Assembly: GCF_000039765.1 (NCBI RefSeq) | Contig: NC_004459.3 | Location: 1,110,001 to 1,142,000 of the forward strand | Source of the DNA: Vibrio vulnificus CMCP6 | Lineage (GTDB): Bacteria; Pseudomonadota; Gammaproteobacteria; Enterobacterales; Vibrionaceae | Direction of reading: 5' to 3' | Length of the DNA: 32,000 nucleotides | Shown: positions 19,346-29,151 of the stretch, piece after piece | Position numbering within the stretch: the stretch's first letter is position 1 | Layout of the letters: every line of letters begins with the position of its first letter | Position numbers and translations under genes: made by a program | Notes under the pieces: model-generated | What the model saw: the letters and a program-made list of their open reading frames with translations, nothing else | Told to the model about the DNA's origin: nothing | Database searches by the model: none

Positions 19346-20264
19346 TGGCCTGAGAAAGCCGCTTGATCAGTTCTACGAGTACTTGCGTGCGGAGAAAGGC
19401 TTAAGCCTGCACACCCAGCGCAACTACAAGCAGCAACTGGAAACCATGGCGGAACACTTACACAGCATGGGGCTCAAAGCGTGGCCGCAAGTGGACGCAG
19501 GTTGGGTGCGCCAACTGGCGGGCAAAGGGATGCGCGAGGGGATGAAGGCGAGCAGCATCGCGACGCGTCTGTCTTCGCTGCGCAGCTTCTTCGACTTTTT
19601 GATTTTGCGTGGCATCCTCACGGCCAATCCAGCCAAAGGGGTTTCGGCTCCGCGTAAAAAACGTCCTCTGCCCAAAAATCTCGATGTTGATGAAGTGAAT
19701 CAACTGCTTGAAGTGAATGAGGATGATCCGCTGGCCATCCGTGATCGCGCCATCATGGAGCTGATGTACGGTGCGGGATTGCGCTTGGCCGAATTGGTCG
19801 ATATCGATGTCCGTGATGTGCATTTGCGCAGTGGCGAAATTCGCGTGATCGGTAAAGGCAACAAAGAACGCAAAGTGCCTTTTGCTGGCATGGCGGTCGA
19901 GTGGGTCGGAAAATGGCTAAAAGTGCGCAGTGGTTTGGCAGACCCAAGTGAACCGGCGTTGTTTGTCTCGAAGCTGGGCACGCGCATTTCCCATCGCAGT
20001 GTGCAAAAGCGCATGGCGGAATGGGGTCAAAAACAAGCCGTGGCGAGCCATATTACGCCGCACAAACTGCGTCACTCATTTGCTACGCACATTCTCGAAT
20101 CGAGCAATAACCTGCGTGCGGTGCAAGAATTACTTGGTCACGAAAACATTTCGACCACGCAAATCTATACACACCTCGATTTCCAACATTTGGCCGATGT
20201 GTATGATCAAGCGCACCCAAGGGCGCGTAAAAAATCTTCTCAACACAAAGAGGAAGATGAATGA
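19314..20264 (+). CDS. xerC: Tyrosine recombinase XerC
   Basis: Start uncertain (track 19296; ATG 19314 also possible). 'YGAGLRLAELVDIDVRDV', 'HKLRHSFATHILESSNNLRAVQELLGHENISTTQIYTHLD' carries the R-H-R-H-Y catalytic set. Overlaps the DUF484 gene end. Confidence 0.93.
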   Translation: MTTASNTPLPSGLRKPLDQFYEYLRAEKGLSLHTQRNYKQQLETMAEHLHSMGLKAWPQVDAGWVRQLAGKGMREGMKASSIATRLSSLRSFFDFLILRGILTANPAKGVSAPRKKRPLPKNLDVDEVNQLLEVNEDDPLAIRDRAIMELMYGAGLRLAELVDIDVRDVHLRSGEIRVIGKGNKERKVPFAGMAVEWVGKWLKVRSGLADPSEPALFVSKLGTRISHRSVQKRMAEWGQKQAVASHITPHKLRHSFATHILESSNNLRAVQELLGHENISTTQIYTHLDFQHLADVYDQAHPRARKKSSQHKEEDE

Positions 20265-20977
20265 AACATTACCGCCCGCTGCAGCCGATCGCGGCAATGA
20301 CCTTCGACTTAGACGATACCTTGTATGATAACCGTCCGGTGATTGAACGCTTGGAGCGTGAGGTGTTGGCGTGGCTCGCCGCGCAGCATCCTGCGACACA
20401 AGTGATGAGTCATAGCGATTGGTCTCAGTTAAAGCGTGAAGTGGCGGCAAGCTCCCCGCAATTGCGCAGTGATGTGACGCAGCTGCGTCATCAGCAACTG
20501 ACCCAGGCATTTTTGCGTCTTGGGTACGATGTGGTGGCAGCGCAGCAAGCGGCGGATGAGGGTGTTGCGGTAGCGTTGTATTGGCGCAGCCAATTGGTAG
20601 TGCCATCAGAAACGCACCGTGTCATGAGATTACTGGCGGACAAGCTGCCTTTAGTGGCGATCACTAATGGTAACGTGGATGTCGCGGCGATCGGTTTGCA
20701 AGGCTACTTTCAAGCCATCTTAAAAGCGGGCCCTGATGGAGTGGCTAAACCAGCGGGCGATCTGTTCCAGCGTGCGGAGCAGATCTTGCAGTTGCCGGCG
20801 CAGCGCATTCTCCATGTTGGCGACCACTTGCTCTCGGATGTACATGGTGCCAATTTGCATGGTTTTATGTCGTGCTGGATCAATCCAAAGCAGATCAATC
20901 TACGTCAGCAAGCCAAAGCCAAAACTCTTCCTAATTTAGAAATCAATGAATTAAGTCAGTTACTCCTACTTTTGTAA
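20261..20977 (+). CDS. yigB: HAD-superfamily phosphatase YigB (FMN / 5-amino-6-(5-phospho-D-ribitylamino)uracil phosphatase)
   Basis: 238 aa: 'AMTFDLDDTLYDNRPVIERLEREVLAWL', 'AITNGNVDVAAIGL', 'HVGDHLLSDVHGAN'; ATGA overlap with xerC. Confidence 0.9.
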   Translation: MKHYRPLQPIAAMTFDLDDTLYDNRPVIERLEREVLAWLAAQHPATQVMSHSDWSQLKREVAASSPQLRSDVTQLRHQQLTQAFLRLGYDVVAAQQAADEGVAVALYWRSQLVVPSETHRVMRLLADKLPLVAITNGNVDVAAIGLQGYFQAILKAGPDGVAKPAGDLFQRAEQILQLPAQRILHVGDHLLSDVHGANLHGFMSCWINPKQINLRQQAKAKTLPNLEINELSQLLLLL

Positions 20978-21106
20978 GCCCGCTCTCAATCCTATCAATC
21001 TTCCCCGCATAACGCTGGTTTTGCTGGAAAAAGCATCATAAATTAGAATTCTCACAATTGGAACACGCAGGGTTTGCGCCCATTTGACGTCGGGGTTGAT
21101 ACGGAT

Positions 21107-23596
21107 ATGCAGACTTTCTCGTTCTGGGTCGAGGATCTTACGCAGTTGCAAGCGATGACCACCGATTATCGCTGGGATGCGCACAATACCTATTTGGTGC
21201 AGATTTTCTCCACTCAGACGGCCTCTATCACACAGGGATACGCACGGCATCTGTTGGCGCATTTGCCGAATGTGGACATCATTGGCCACAGTACGCAGCA
21301 CACCATTTATGGCGGTGAAATTTTAACCGGCGGGTGTTTGGTGGTGATCGCAGAATTTTGTCACACCACACTGACTTCGGCAGTGGTGTCCTATTCAGGA
21401 TCCGCAGAACTGGATGGTTACGATTTATACCAAGCATTGCAATTAACCCCCGCCAGCCGAGCGGTGATCAGCTTTTCCGTGCAAGTAGAGCGGCAAGATT
21501 ACCCGCTGTACGGCGCGTTCAATGAAGGTATCGCAACGCCAGTGTGTGGCGGTTTAGCACAAAGTGGCGCTGACGGATGTTGGGTGCTGCACCAAGACCA
21601 GCTCTACACGCAAGCAGTGGTGGCCGTGGCTTTGCACAGTGAACAGCTTAAAGTATGGACCAGCGCGTACTCAGAGTGGAACCCGGTTGGCATGTATCAT
21701 GCCGTTACGGCCGCCGAAGGGCAGCGTCTCATTTCTCTTGGCAATAAGCCGGCCTACGAGGTTTACAAGCGCTATTTGGCCGATGGTCATGAACTCTCGG
21801 CTAGCCATCTGCTCAATTTTCCGCTCTACCGAGAACGAGGCAAACACAAAGAGGTGTGTGCGGTACGTGAGATCCACCACGATGGCAGTATCTCTTTCGA
21901 TAAAACTTGGTCTATCGGCGATCAGGTGCGTTTTTGCTACAACCACCCTTCGTTAACTCTAGAGCAGCTCAAGCATGGCGTGGTGGAGCTGGCACTGCAT
22001 CAACCGGAAACGGTGTTTATCTACAACTGTGCGTCTCGGCTCGACTTTATCGATGGTTGCCAAGAAGTGGCGCCTTTTCATCAGATCACGACCAGTCACG
22101 GCAGCTACTGCATGGGTGAGTTGTATCACGACGGTCTACAGCAAGAGATTTTGCACCACAGTTTGACCTATCTGGCGATGCGCGAAAGCGATGAAGTGAC
22201 CGAACTCAAACTGCCCGCTGATGATGTCGACAGCACCATTTCACCGCTGTTTTGTTTGATTCGTAATGCGATTGCCGATCTCGACCAGGTGCAGTCCCAT
22301 ATGGAGTATCAACTAGAGCGGCAAACGCTGAAACTGCAAGAAAGTTATCGCCGTGACAGTCGCACAGGGTTACAAAATCGCATCGCCCTGAAAGAGTATT
22401 TGTCGACCATTCGCGATGATGAACATTTGTTGACCTTAAAGCTGCTCAACTTCAGCCACATCAATGAAAAGTATGGCTATCAAGTCGGCGATGAGCTGCT
22501 GCGTATGTTGTCGGTGAGTTTCTTAACTCGTCTCAGGCGGCGTTTGGGCAAACAGGCAGATATGCAGTTGTACAGCATTGGTGTTGGCGAGTGGGCATTT
22601 GTCTTTCGTGCTGAAATTTGTGGTGAGACCATCAAGCAGCAGTTTACCCGTTTTGCCGATGTGATTGAGCAGACTAACTTTGAACCGTCTGGCTTGGAAC
22701 AAGTGGATTACCTGTCAATTTCATTGTGCGGTGGCTTGGCCAGCCGGCGAGATTTTCCGCAAGCCAGTGGTGACGAACTGCTGCTCAAAGCGATTGAGGC
22801 GCGGCGCGCTGGAGTGCGTAGCAACACCCATATTTGCAACGCCAAAGACATTCAGGTGAGTGACGAGCGACGCAAAGAGCAACTGGCTTGGCTCAGTTGC
22901 GTCAGTCGGGCAATCTTGCAGCAAAATATCGTCACTTACGCGCAGCCTTTGTTTCACGCCGACGGCACCACTCCCTACTCACAAGAATGTTTGGTGCGAA
23001 TCGTCGAAAACGACGGACGCATTATTTTACCAGGGCAGTTTTTGCCAATTATTGCCGACACCCACCTCTATACCCGTTTGAGCCGCCATATGATTCAAAG
23101 CACCTTGAACTATATGCGAGAGAGAGACGGGATGTTTTCGATTAACCTTTCCCCGCAAGACCTGATGAGCGATAAAACCATGCTGCTATTGGAAACGGCG
23201 ATTCGTCAGCTCAATGACCCTAGCCGTATCGGTTTGGAGGTGTTGGAATCGGAGCAGATCAAAGATTATGGCCGGATGATTGAAGTGTGCAGCCATTTCC
23301 GTCAGTTGGGGGCGCGCATCATTGTTGACGACTTTGGCTCGGGTTACTCCAACATCGACGAAATTATTAAGCTTGAGCCAGACATCATCAAACTCGATGG
23401 CAGCTTGATCCGCAACATCGACCAAGACAGCAAACAGCGCAAGATCGCCAGTCAGTTGGTGCGCTTGTGTCAGGTGCTGGAAGCGAAAACGGTGGCGGAG
23501 TTTGTCCACAATCAGCAGGTGTGTGAAATCGCCCAAGACATGGGAGTGGATTACTTACAGGGCTATTATCTCGGCCAGCCAAGTCGTTTATTCTGA
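21107..23596 (+). CDS. FIST (N+C) domain sensor fused to a degenerate GGDEF and a catalytic-looking EAL domain
   Basis: About 829 aa from ATG 21107 (track start 21074). N-terminal FIST-like region 'VDIIGHSTQHTIYGGEI...GAFNEGIATPVCGGLAQSG...CAVREI'; GGDEF signature replaced by 'GVGEWAFVF'; EAL motifs 'QECLVRI', 'INLSPQDL', 'LEVLESE', 'DDFGSGYSN', 'IKLDGSLI', 'VAEFV', 'YLQGYYLG'. Confidence 0.85.
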   Translation: MQTFSFWVEDLTQLQAMTTDYRWDAHNTYLVQIFSTQTASITQGYARHLLAHLPNVDIIGHSTQHTIYGGEILTGGCLVVIAEFCHTTLTSAVVSYSGSAELDGYDLYQALQLTPASRAVISFSVQVERQDYPLYGAFNEGIATPVCGGLAQSGADGCWVLHQDQLYTQAVVAVALHSEQLKVWTSAYSEWNPVGMYHAVTAAEGQRLISLGNKPAYEVYKRYLADGHELSASHLLNFPLYRERGKHKEVCAVREIHHDGSISFDKTWSIGDQVRFCYNHPSLTLEQLKHGVVELALHQPETVFIYNCASRLDFIDGCQEVAPFHQITTSHGSYCMGELYHDGLQQEILHHSLTYLAMRESDEVTELKLPADDVDSTISPLFCLIRNAIADLDQVQSHMEYQLERQTLKLQESYRRDSRTGLQNRIALKEYLSTIRDDEHLLTLKLLNFSHINEKYGYQVGDELLRMLSVSFLTRLRRRLGKQADMQLYSIGVGEWAFVFRAEICGETIKQQFTRFADVIEQTNFEPSGLEQVDYLSISLCGGLASRRDFPQASGDELLLKAIEARRAGVRSNTHICNAKDIQVSDERRKEQLAWLSCVSRAILQQNIVTYAQPLFHADGTTPYSQECLVRIVENDGRIILPGQFLPIIADTHLYTRLSRHMIQSTLNYMRERDGMFSINLSPQDLMSDKTMLLLETAIRQLNDPSRIGLEVLESEQIKDYGRMIEVCSHFRQLGARIIVDDFGSGYSNIDEIIKLEPDIIKLDGSLIRNIDQDSKQRKIASQLVRLCQVLEAKTVAEFVHNQQVCEIAQDMGVDYLQGYYLGQPSRLF

Positions 23597-23604
23597 GGGG
23601 TACG

Positions 23605-23636
23605 GGTTAGCCCTAGATGGAGCATCAGGGCTAACC
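23605..23636. terminator. Hairpin between convergent genes, possible terminator
   Basis: GGTTAGCCCT-N12-AGGGCTAACC, perfect 10-bp stem; no clear T-tract. Confidence 0.5.
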
Positions 23637-23645
23637 TCTGTGTTG

Positions 23646-24251
23646 TTAAGGCTCGCTTTTTAGCGCGTGGCCACTGCGATCGGCATGAAACGCCGCCAAA
23701 TAATGGCGCAGCAGTTCGGTCATTGACGTGGCGTTGTGTGCTTCACCGAGTTGTTTCACTAACTCTGCCGCAATCTCTAAGGTGCACAGGTTGCCTTGTT
23801 GCTGATTGCGTCTTAGTTGATAGTTCGACGCGCTGTCGCCGTGTAAAGCGAGCTGTGGCAGTGCTTTTAGCCACTCGCTTTTGTTGAGCATCTTTCGTGC
23901 TTCCTGCCATGTGGCATCAAGAATGATAAACAGTGGCTGGCGCTGGGTTTGCTGGGCGCGCTCTTTTATTTGAGTCAGGGTGATACTCTGTTCACTGGGG
24001 TAGAGCACCACAGGCATAAACTGCGCATCGCTAAGGAGATCCAATAACGCTTGCGGAGGCGCTGCGCGTTGCCAAACGAACTGGCGCACGGGCAAACGGC
24101 ACCAATGCAGTAATTTCCCGGTATTGGTTTCTCGCTCGACCTCATTGGGGTGCATCAATAGCACCAGTGCGACCTCACTTTGCAGTGATGGAAACTGGTC
24201 ACACAAGCATTGATAACGCAGCCCACACTGAGGGCAGGCTTGTGGCTTCAC
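23646..24251 (-). CDS. DTW-domain protein (TapT/YfiP-like tRNA-uridine aminocarboxypropyltransferase family)
   Basis: 201 aa: Cys motif 'CPQCGLRYQCLC', 'LLMHPNEVERETNTGKLLHWC', 'LYPSEQS', 'ILDATWQEARKML' (the DTW signature). Confidence 0.88.
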   Translation of the reverse strand: MKPQACPQCGLRYQCLCDQFPSLQSEVALVLLMHPNEVERETNTGKLLHWCRLPVRQFVWQRAAPPQALLDLLSDAQFMPVVLYPSEQSITLTQIKERAQQTQRQPLFIILDATWQEARKMLNKSEWLKALPQLALHGDSASNYQLRRNQQQGNLCTLEIAAELVKQLGEAHNATSMTELLRHYLAAFHADRSGHALKSEP

Positions 24252-25798
24252 AGTTTCACTCCTTCGCGTACCGGGCTGATGCCATCAGAAAACAGTTCTA
24301 CCTGACTGATCTGCTCACCAAGCGCGACAGGCGCAACGCTCGGATTGAGTGGATAGCTAATACCATCATATTGCATCAGGTGTGACTGAGCTTTGGCGCC
24401 GCCGCCACTGACGTTGAAGATAAGATCTTGCCAGCCGTGGTTGCGTTGATTGCCGAGGTAAATCGGTGTGTTCACCAAGGTAATGCGGCTATTGAAGCGC
24501 CAAGTTTCTTGATGATTTTCAAAAATCAGCAGGGTACAGCCACCCGAGCCGCACCAATCCAATTGCGCCAGCAGTTCTTCTTTGCCATCTCCATTGAGAT
24601 CGTACGTTAGCCAGCGGTATTGGTTATTGCTTGGATCGGTTTTGTGCAGACGAAAATACTCACGTATTGCCTGATCAACATCGCGACGAAACTCCGCGCT
24701 GGAGGCTACGTTACGGGTGTCTGTGGGAACGGCAGTTTGAGTGGTGATGGGAGTGTCACTCATCATTTCACCTGCGGCGGCGGGATACAAAATCAGCCCC
24801 CCTTGAGCAATCGGATAGACCACCTTGCCGACTTTTTCCTTGTCCGCTTTCAGCTGTGAGCCCGTGCGGGTGAAAATGCGTTCGGTGACTAATTTTTGCC
24901 CCTGATGATGCGTCATCACGACTTGGATCTGGTTGGGATTGAGTTGCTGCCAGTAGCCTTTTTCCACCAAAGGACGCTCTTCATTGGCATAGAGATAACG
25001 CGTTTCAGCGCTGTGGTCTGCGTTGAGCTGCATGTGCACGCTAAAACCGGAAGATTGGGTTGAGGTGGCTGTGTACAAACCACCCCAACCGAGCGTGGCA
25101 TCGATGTTCGAGGTGGTGGCACAGCCAGATAGCTGGGTATCTTGCCAGTCAAGCGTTGCTTTCCATCCGTAAAGGCTGTTGCTCATGGTGTCTTTGCACA
25201 AATTTTCGCTGAGGAGCAATTGGCCGTCATCAAACTGATACTCGCGTTTTCGGGGGCTGAGTTGGCTGCGGCTAATCACACGCGTTTGCTCTTGTTTGCT
25301 CAGTTGCTTGATGGTCAGCTGATTGGCAGCAAAATCGATACGCCAGTTGGGCTCATTACCAAATGCTTGCGTTGGGCGAGCGGCTTGCTCGCAGCGGGTT
25401 GGGTTGCTGGCATCGACTAAGTTGAGTTGCTCCACCACAAACAACGCATCGTATTCCGAAGCAAAACCTTCATCACCGGTGGTTTTTAAATGGCCGATCA
25501 CTTCGCCATACATGGACTGATAGGGCAGGCTGGTCAGCGCCATCAATTGCTGACGTTGCTGAGCACTTAGCTGTAGCCAATATTGCTGCGTACTGCCGCA
25601 AGGTGTGATGTATTGTGCTTCATGGCCGACGACCAAACTGCCTGACAGCATAAAGCTCTGTGCGATCACCGACTCTGGCTGGCTGAGATTGGCCGTTGGC
25701 AGCACAGGAGCAGATTGAGTGGCGACGGGGGCGCTGGTTGAACACGCTTGTAACAGCAACAGTGTCGATAGGGCGACTGGGTTTTTAAACGCCTTCAT
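24248..25798 (-). CDS. Large putative outer-membrane/periplasmic lipoprotein with a C-terminal DxNGDGxxE element
   Basis: 516 aa, lipobox 'LLLLQAC', 'YRWLTYDLNGDGKEELLAQLDWCGSGGCTLLIFEN' and several short WY/Cys-rich repeats; 4-nt overlap with the DTW gene downstream. Confidence 0.75.
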   Translation of the reverse strand: MKAFKNPVALSTLLLLQACSTSAPVATQSAPVLPTANLSQPESVIAQSFMLSGSLVVGHEAQYITPCGSTQQYWLQLSAQQRQQLMALTSLPYQSMYGEVIGHLKTTGDEGFASEYDALFVVEQLNLVDASNPTRCEQAARPTQAFGNEPNWRIDFAANQLTIKQLSKQEQTRVISRSQLSPRKREYQFDDGQLLLSENLCKDTMSNSLYGWKATLDWQDTQLSGCATTSNIDATLGWGGLYTATSTQSSGFSVHMQLNADHSAETRYLYANEERPLVEKGYWQQLNPNQIQVVMTHHQGQKLVTERIFTRTGSQLKADKEKVGKVVYPIAQGGLILYPAAAGEMMSDTPITTQTAVPTDTRNVASSAEFRRDVDQAIREYFRLHKTDPSNNQYRWLTYDLNGDGKEELLAQLDWCGSGGCTLLIFENHQETWRFNSRITLVNTPIYLGNQRNHGWQDLIFNVSGGGAKAQSHLMQYDGISYPLNPSVAPVALGEQISQVELFSDGISPVREGVKL

Positions 25799-25839
25799 GT
25801 TATATCTTTCTCCATCTCTAAATCTGCTTGGACCGCATT

Positions 25840-26310
25840 ATGGCATATTGGTTGTTTAAAACTGAACCGGACACCTTTTCTATCGACACTTTACGCGTAC
25901 AAAAGGTTTCATGTTGGGAGGGAGTGCGAAATTATCAGGCAAGAAATATGCTGCGTGATGAGGTTAAAGAGGGCGATTGGGTGATGATTTACCACTCCTC
26001 GTGCAAGCAGGTTGGCGTGGCAGGGATCGCCAAAGTGGTTCGTGAAGCCTATCCCGATCATTTTCAATTTGATGCCAACAGCGACTATTACGACGCGAAA
26101 TCAACGCCAGAAAAACCGCGTTGGATAATGGTCGATGTGGAATTTGTGCGCAAAACCGAACGGGTGATCCCTTTGGCGGTGTTGAAAGCCATGCCCGAGT
26201 TGGAAAACATGCCATTGGTGAAAAAGGGCAATCGCTTGTCGGTGATGCCAGTGACGGAACAAGAATGGCAGGCAATTTTAACCAAAGAAAAACTGCCGAG
26301 CCGCCGTTAG
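25840..26310 (+). CDS. EVE domain-containing protein
   Basis: 156 aa from ATG 25840: MAYWLFKTEPDTFSIDTLRVQKVSCWEGVRNYQARNMLRDEVKEGDWVMIYHSSCKQVGVAGIAKV, the canonical EVE (PUA-like) pattern. Confidence 0.92.
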   Translation: MAYWLFKTEPDTFSIDTLRVQKVSCWEGVRNYQARNMLRDEVKEGDWVMIYHSSCKQVGVAGIAKVVREAYPDHFQFDANSDYYDAKSTPEKPRWIMVDVEFVRKTERVIPLAVLKAMPELENMPLVKKGNRLSVMPVTEQEWQAILTKEKLPSRR

Positions 26311-26362
26311 TCTTGCCGATGTGAAGCAAGGTTGGCTCAAATGAGTAACAGGTAAAAATAAA

Positions 26363-26387
26363 ACGGGGCAGCGTGACGCTGCCCCGT
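26363..26387 (-). terminator. Rho-independent terminator for the YigL-like gene
   Basis: ACGGGGCAGCG-TGA-CGCTGCCCCGT, 11-bp stem; the minus strand continues TTTTATTTTTACC. Confidence 0.85.
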
Positions 26388-26407
26388 GGTCATTGATGGT
26401 GCCGTAT

Positions 26408-27238
26408 TTATAGCAGATGCTTTTGCAGATAGTGCGCCACGGCATCGTCGGCATTGCTGCCAATGATTTCGTTGTCTGGCAGGGCTTTCTTCACTTTTTC
26501 GTGAGAGGTTTCCATCACCAACCCTTTGCCCGCCATCGACAACATTTCCACGTCGTTCATACCATCGCCAAAGGCCACACAGTTTTCCAGTGTCAGGCCC
26601 AGTGATTCTGCGACCGCTTTCAGCGCGTCCCCTTTTGACACTTCCGCAGCCATCACTTCCAAACACCAAGGCGTTGAGAAGGCAATATTGAGTTTATCGC
26701 CAAAGGCTTCACGCAACTGGTTTTCAAAGCCAACCAGATGCTCGTGATCTTGCTCTGGATGGGTGAAGAAGATTTTTGCAATGCCGTCAGTCGGTGCGTT
26801 GTCGATATCGTAAACCTTATAGGTAAAGCCCGTCTCTTCATGGAACTTGCGCATCACTTCGTCTTCACGGTTGAGGCGCCAGTCTTCGTTTTGGTAAAGA
26901 TGAACGAAGATCTCAGGGTCTTGTTTGACAATATCAATCACCGGCTGCACAAGCTCGGCCGGAACATTTTTGCTGTACATCAGTTGGTCATGCTGGTCAT
27001 GAACACGAGCACCGTTTGAGGTGATCATGTAGGCAGGAATGCCCACTTGAGCGCGAATGCCGGCCACATCGATATGGTGACGGCCAGTGGCGAAAATAAA
27101 GGTATAACCTTGCTCATGCAGTGCTTTGAGCGTCTGCTTGGAGAATTCGCTGAGTTGGTGATTCGGTGCCAGCAGCGTGCCATCCAGATCGGAAGCAACG
27201 ATTTTGGTGATCTCTTTATTTGGCAAGCTCGCAGTCAT
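26408..27238 (-). CDS. yigL: Cof-type HAD-IIB phosphatase, YigL family (sugar phosphate / PLP phosphatase)
   Basis: 276 aa: 'KIVASDLDGTLLAPNHQLSEFSKQTLKAL', 'FATGRHHIDV', 'FGDGMNDVEMLSMAGKG'. Confidence 0.88.
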   Translation of the reverse strand: MTASLPNKEITKIVASDLDGTLLAPNHQLSEFSKQTLKALHEQGYTFIFATGRHHIDVAGIRAQVGIPAYMITSNGARVHDQHDQLMYSKNVPAELVQPVIDIVKQDPEIFVHLYQNEDWRLNREDEVMRKFHEETGFTYKVYDIDNAPTDGIAKIFFTHPEQDHEHLVGFENQLREAFGDKLNIAFSTPWCLEVMAAEVSKGDALKAVAESLGLTLENCVAFGDGMNDVEMLSMAGKGLVMETSHEKVKKALPDNEIIGSNADDAVAHYLQKHLL

Positions 27239-27418
27239 ACGGCCCTCTTATGTCAGTCGGATGTGTTCAGGAAACAGGAAACGTTATCGACACAGGCCAT
27301 TGCCTGAGTCGGTAGAAAGTGACACAACGTCTATCCAGCTTGGATGCCTGTCTAGACGCTGTTCACTAGGGGGATGCTGGCTAGTGTATGTGAAAAGCGG
27401 AGAGAAAAAGAGGGTAAA

Positions 27419-28417
27419 TTAAGCTTGGTTGCTTTCCTCTTTCTGCAAAAAGCGGAACATCGCGCTGAGTGCTTGATTACGGTAGTGGTCTTTCTCAAAC
27501 AACAATTCATGTTGCGCGCCTTCAATCGTCACCATTTCGCTGCGCTTGTTGGTTTTGTGCAGCTTTTTGAAAAACTGCGACTGTGCTTGATTGCTGACGA
27601 TGCGATCGCCCCCCGCCTGCAACAGCAACACCGGAATGGTGAGCTGGCGCGTCAGCAAAATGCACTGTTTGGCGGCCATTAAGCCTTGCCACACCCAACG
27701 GGTGCTCGGGCCACCCACTTGCAGCTCGGGCTTGTCGCGATACAACTGTCTAAACCATTGATAACGCGCTTGGCTCTGGCTAAGCGGGTTATCTTCAAAG
27801 GGCTTCTCATAATAACTTTTGTGTCCCGGCGCATAAGTAGGCGTTGGGTACACGGCGGTGAGAATTTGGCTGACCGCCATGGCCACTGGACTCAAATACC
27901 AAGGGAGATCGATACCAAACATCGGCGCACTGAGCACCAACTTATCAAAACCATGTTGTGGGTGGGTTTGTAAGTAGCGCGTGGCGACGGCACCGCCCAT
28001 CGAATGAGAAACAATGTGTCGCTGCTGATAAGGAGAGAAATCAAAGTGCGCAATCACGGCTTCCATGTCGAGAATGTAATCATCAAACTCGTAGACGTGA
28101 CCAATATCAGAGTCTTTGACCAGGCGATCTGATAAACCTTGGCCTCGATGATCGTAGCTGTAGACGTCATAGCCTTGACGGTAGAGATCAAACAGAAGTT
28201 CTTGGTACTTCCAAGCAGATTCGATTCTGCCATTCACTACCAGCACCGCCTTTTTGTGTTGCGGGTTGGTCAGCTTACACCAATACAACTGCATCTTATC
28301 GCGCGTTTTTAGGAAACCCTCTTGTCGCTGCTGCCATAGGGCAGCGATCGGACCACCTATTGCTTGCTCAAATAAAGCCTCTTGCGTATAAGAGAGAGGT
28401 GAGCTGTTATTAACCAT
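27419..28417 (-). CDS. pldB: Lysophospholipase L2, alpha/beta hydrolase
   Basis: 332 aa: 'VVNGRIESAWKYQELLFDLYRQGYDVYSYDHRGQGLSDRL', nucleophile elbow 'VSHSMGGAVATRYL', 'LLLQAGGDRIVSNQAQ', 'GAQHELLFE'. Confidence 0.9.
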   Translation of the reverse strand: MVNNSSPLSYTQEALFEQAIGGPIAALWQQRQEGFLKTRDKMQLYWCKLTNPQHKKAVLVVNGRIESAWKYQELLFDLYRQGYDVYSYDHRGQGLSDRLVKDSDIGHVYEFDDYILDMEAVIAHFDFSPYQQRHIVSHSMGGAVATRYLQTHPQHGFDKLVLSAPMFGIDLPWYLSPVAMAVSQILTAVYPTPTYAPGHKSYYEKPFEDNPLSQSQARYQWFRQLYRDKPELQVGGPSTRWVWQGLMAAKQCILLTRQLTIPVLLLQAGGDRIVSNQAQSQFFKKLHKTNKRSEMVTIEGAQHELLFEKDHYRNQALSAMFRFLQKEESNQA

Positions 28418-28480
28418 TAAATAAATACCTGATCATGCGTTTCTGTAGTCAATGATCAGAGAATTATCGGGGAAATGCAA

Positions 28481-29098
28481 ATGGATACCCATGTTTGGTT
28501 GGCGTATGTTGTGACCGCAATCGTTTTCAGTTTGGCACCGGGCTCTGGCACGGTGAACTCAATCAGCAATGGCCTCAGTTATGGCACGCGAAAATCGCTG
28601 GCTTCCATTGTGGGGCTGCAAATTGGTTTGGCGGTCCATATTGTCCTGGTTGGGGCGGGCATTGGCGCTTTGGTGGCACAATCGGCGACGGCATTCACGG
28701 TGATTAAGTGGGTGGGTGCAGTGTATTTGGTTTGGCTGGGCATTCAAAAATGGCGTGATACGTCAAGCCTCGCGACGGCCTCGCAACAACATGCCATTTC
28801 CAGTACTGCGCTATTGCGCAAAGCGGTGCTGATCAATCTGACCAATCCGAAATCAATCGTCTTTCTAGTGGCGCTGTTTCCGCAATTTATCGATCCAAGC
28901 CAAGATCAAGTGACCCAGTTAGCGGTGTTAGGCATCACGACCGTGGTGATTGATGCGTTTGTCATGCTCGGCTACACCACCTTGGCATCTCAACTGGGGC
29001 GTTTTATCCGTTCAGAGAAAGTGATGGGCAAAATAAACAAAGTATTTGGTTCAATGTTTATGGGTTGTGGGGCATTATTAGCAGCTGCAAAATCATAA
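28481..29098 (+). CDS. rhtB: LysE/RhtB-family homoserine/homoserine-lactone efflux protein
   Basis: 'YVVTAIVFSLAPGSGTVNSISNGLSYGTRKSLASIVGLQIG' is the RhtB N-terminal signature; adjacent to pldB as in enterobacteria. ATG at 28481 is preferred over 28475. Confidence 0.88.
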   Translation: MDTHVWLAYVVTAIVFSLAPGSGTVNSISNGLSYGTRKSLASIVGLQIGLAVHIVLVGAGIGALVAQSATAFTVIKWVGAVYLVWLGIQKWRDTSSLATASQQHAISSTALLRKAVLINLTNPKSIVFLVALFPQFIDPSQDQVTQLAVLGITTVVIDAFVMLGYTTLASQLGRFIRSEKVMGKINKVFGSMFMGCGALLAAAKS

Positions 29099-29151
29099 CT
29101 AGCAGTGATAAATTCACTGGTTAGTCACTGAGCATAAGAATAAAGCACTAA

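Noticed and set aside
19314-20264. Tyrosine recombinase as a sign of an integron or mobile element
   Set aside because: Sequence and the dapF-DUF484-xerC-yigB context identify it as the housekeeping XerC; no att sites, cassettes or direct repeats seen.
20130-20606. 158-aa minus-strand ORF across the xerC/yigB junction, and 19458..19823 within xerC
   Set aside because: Fully covered by plus-strand xerC and yigB; protein sequence is low-information Arg/Ser/Pro-rich.
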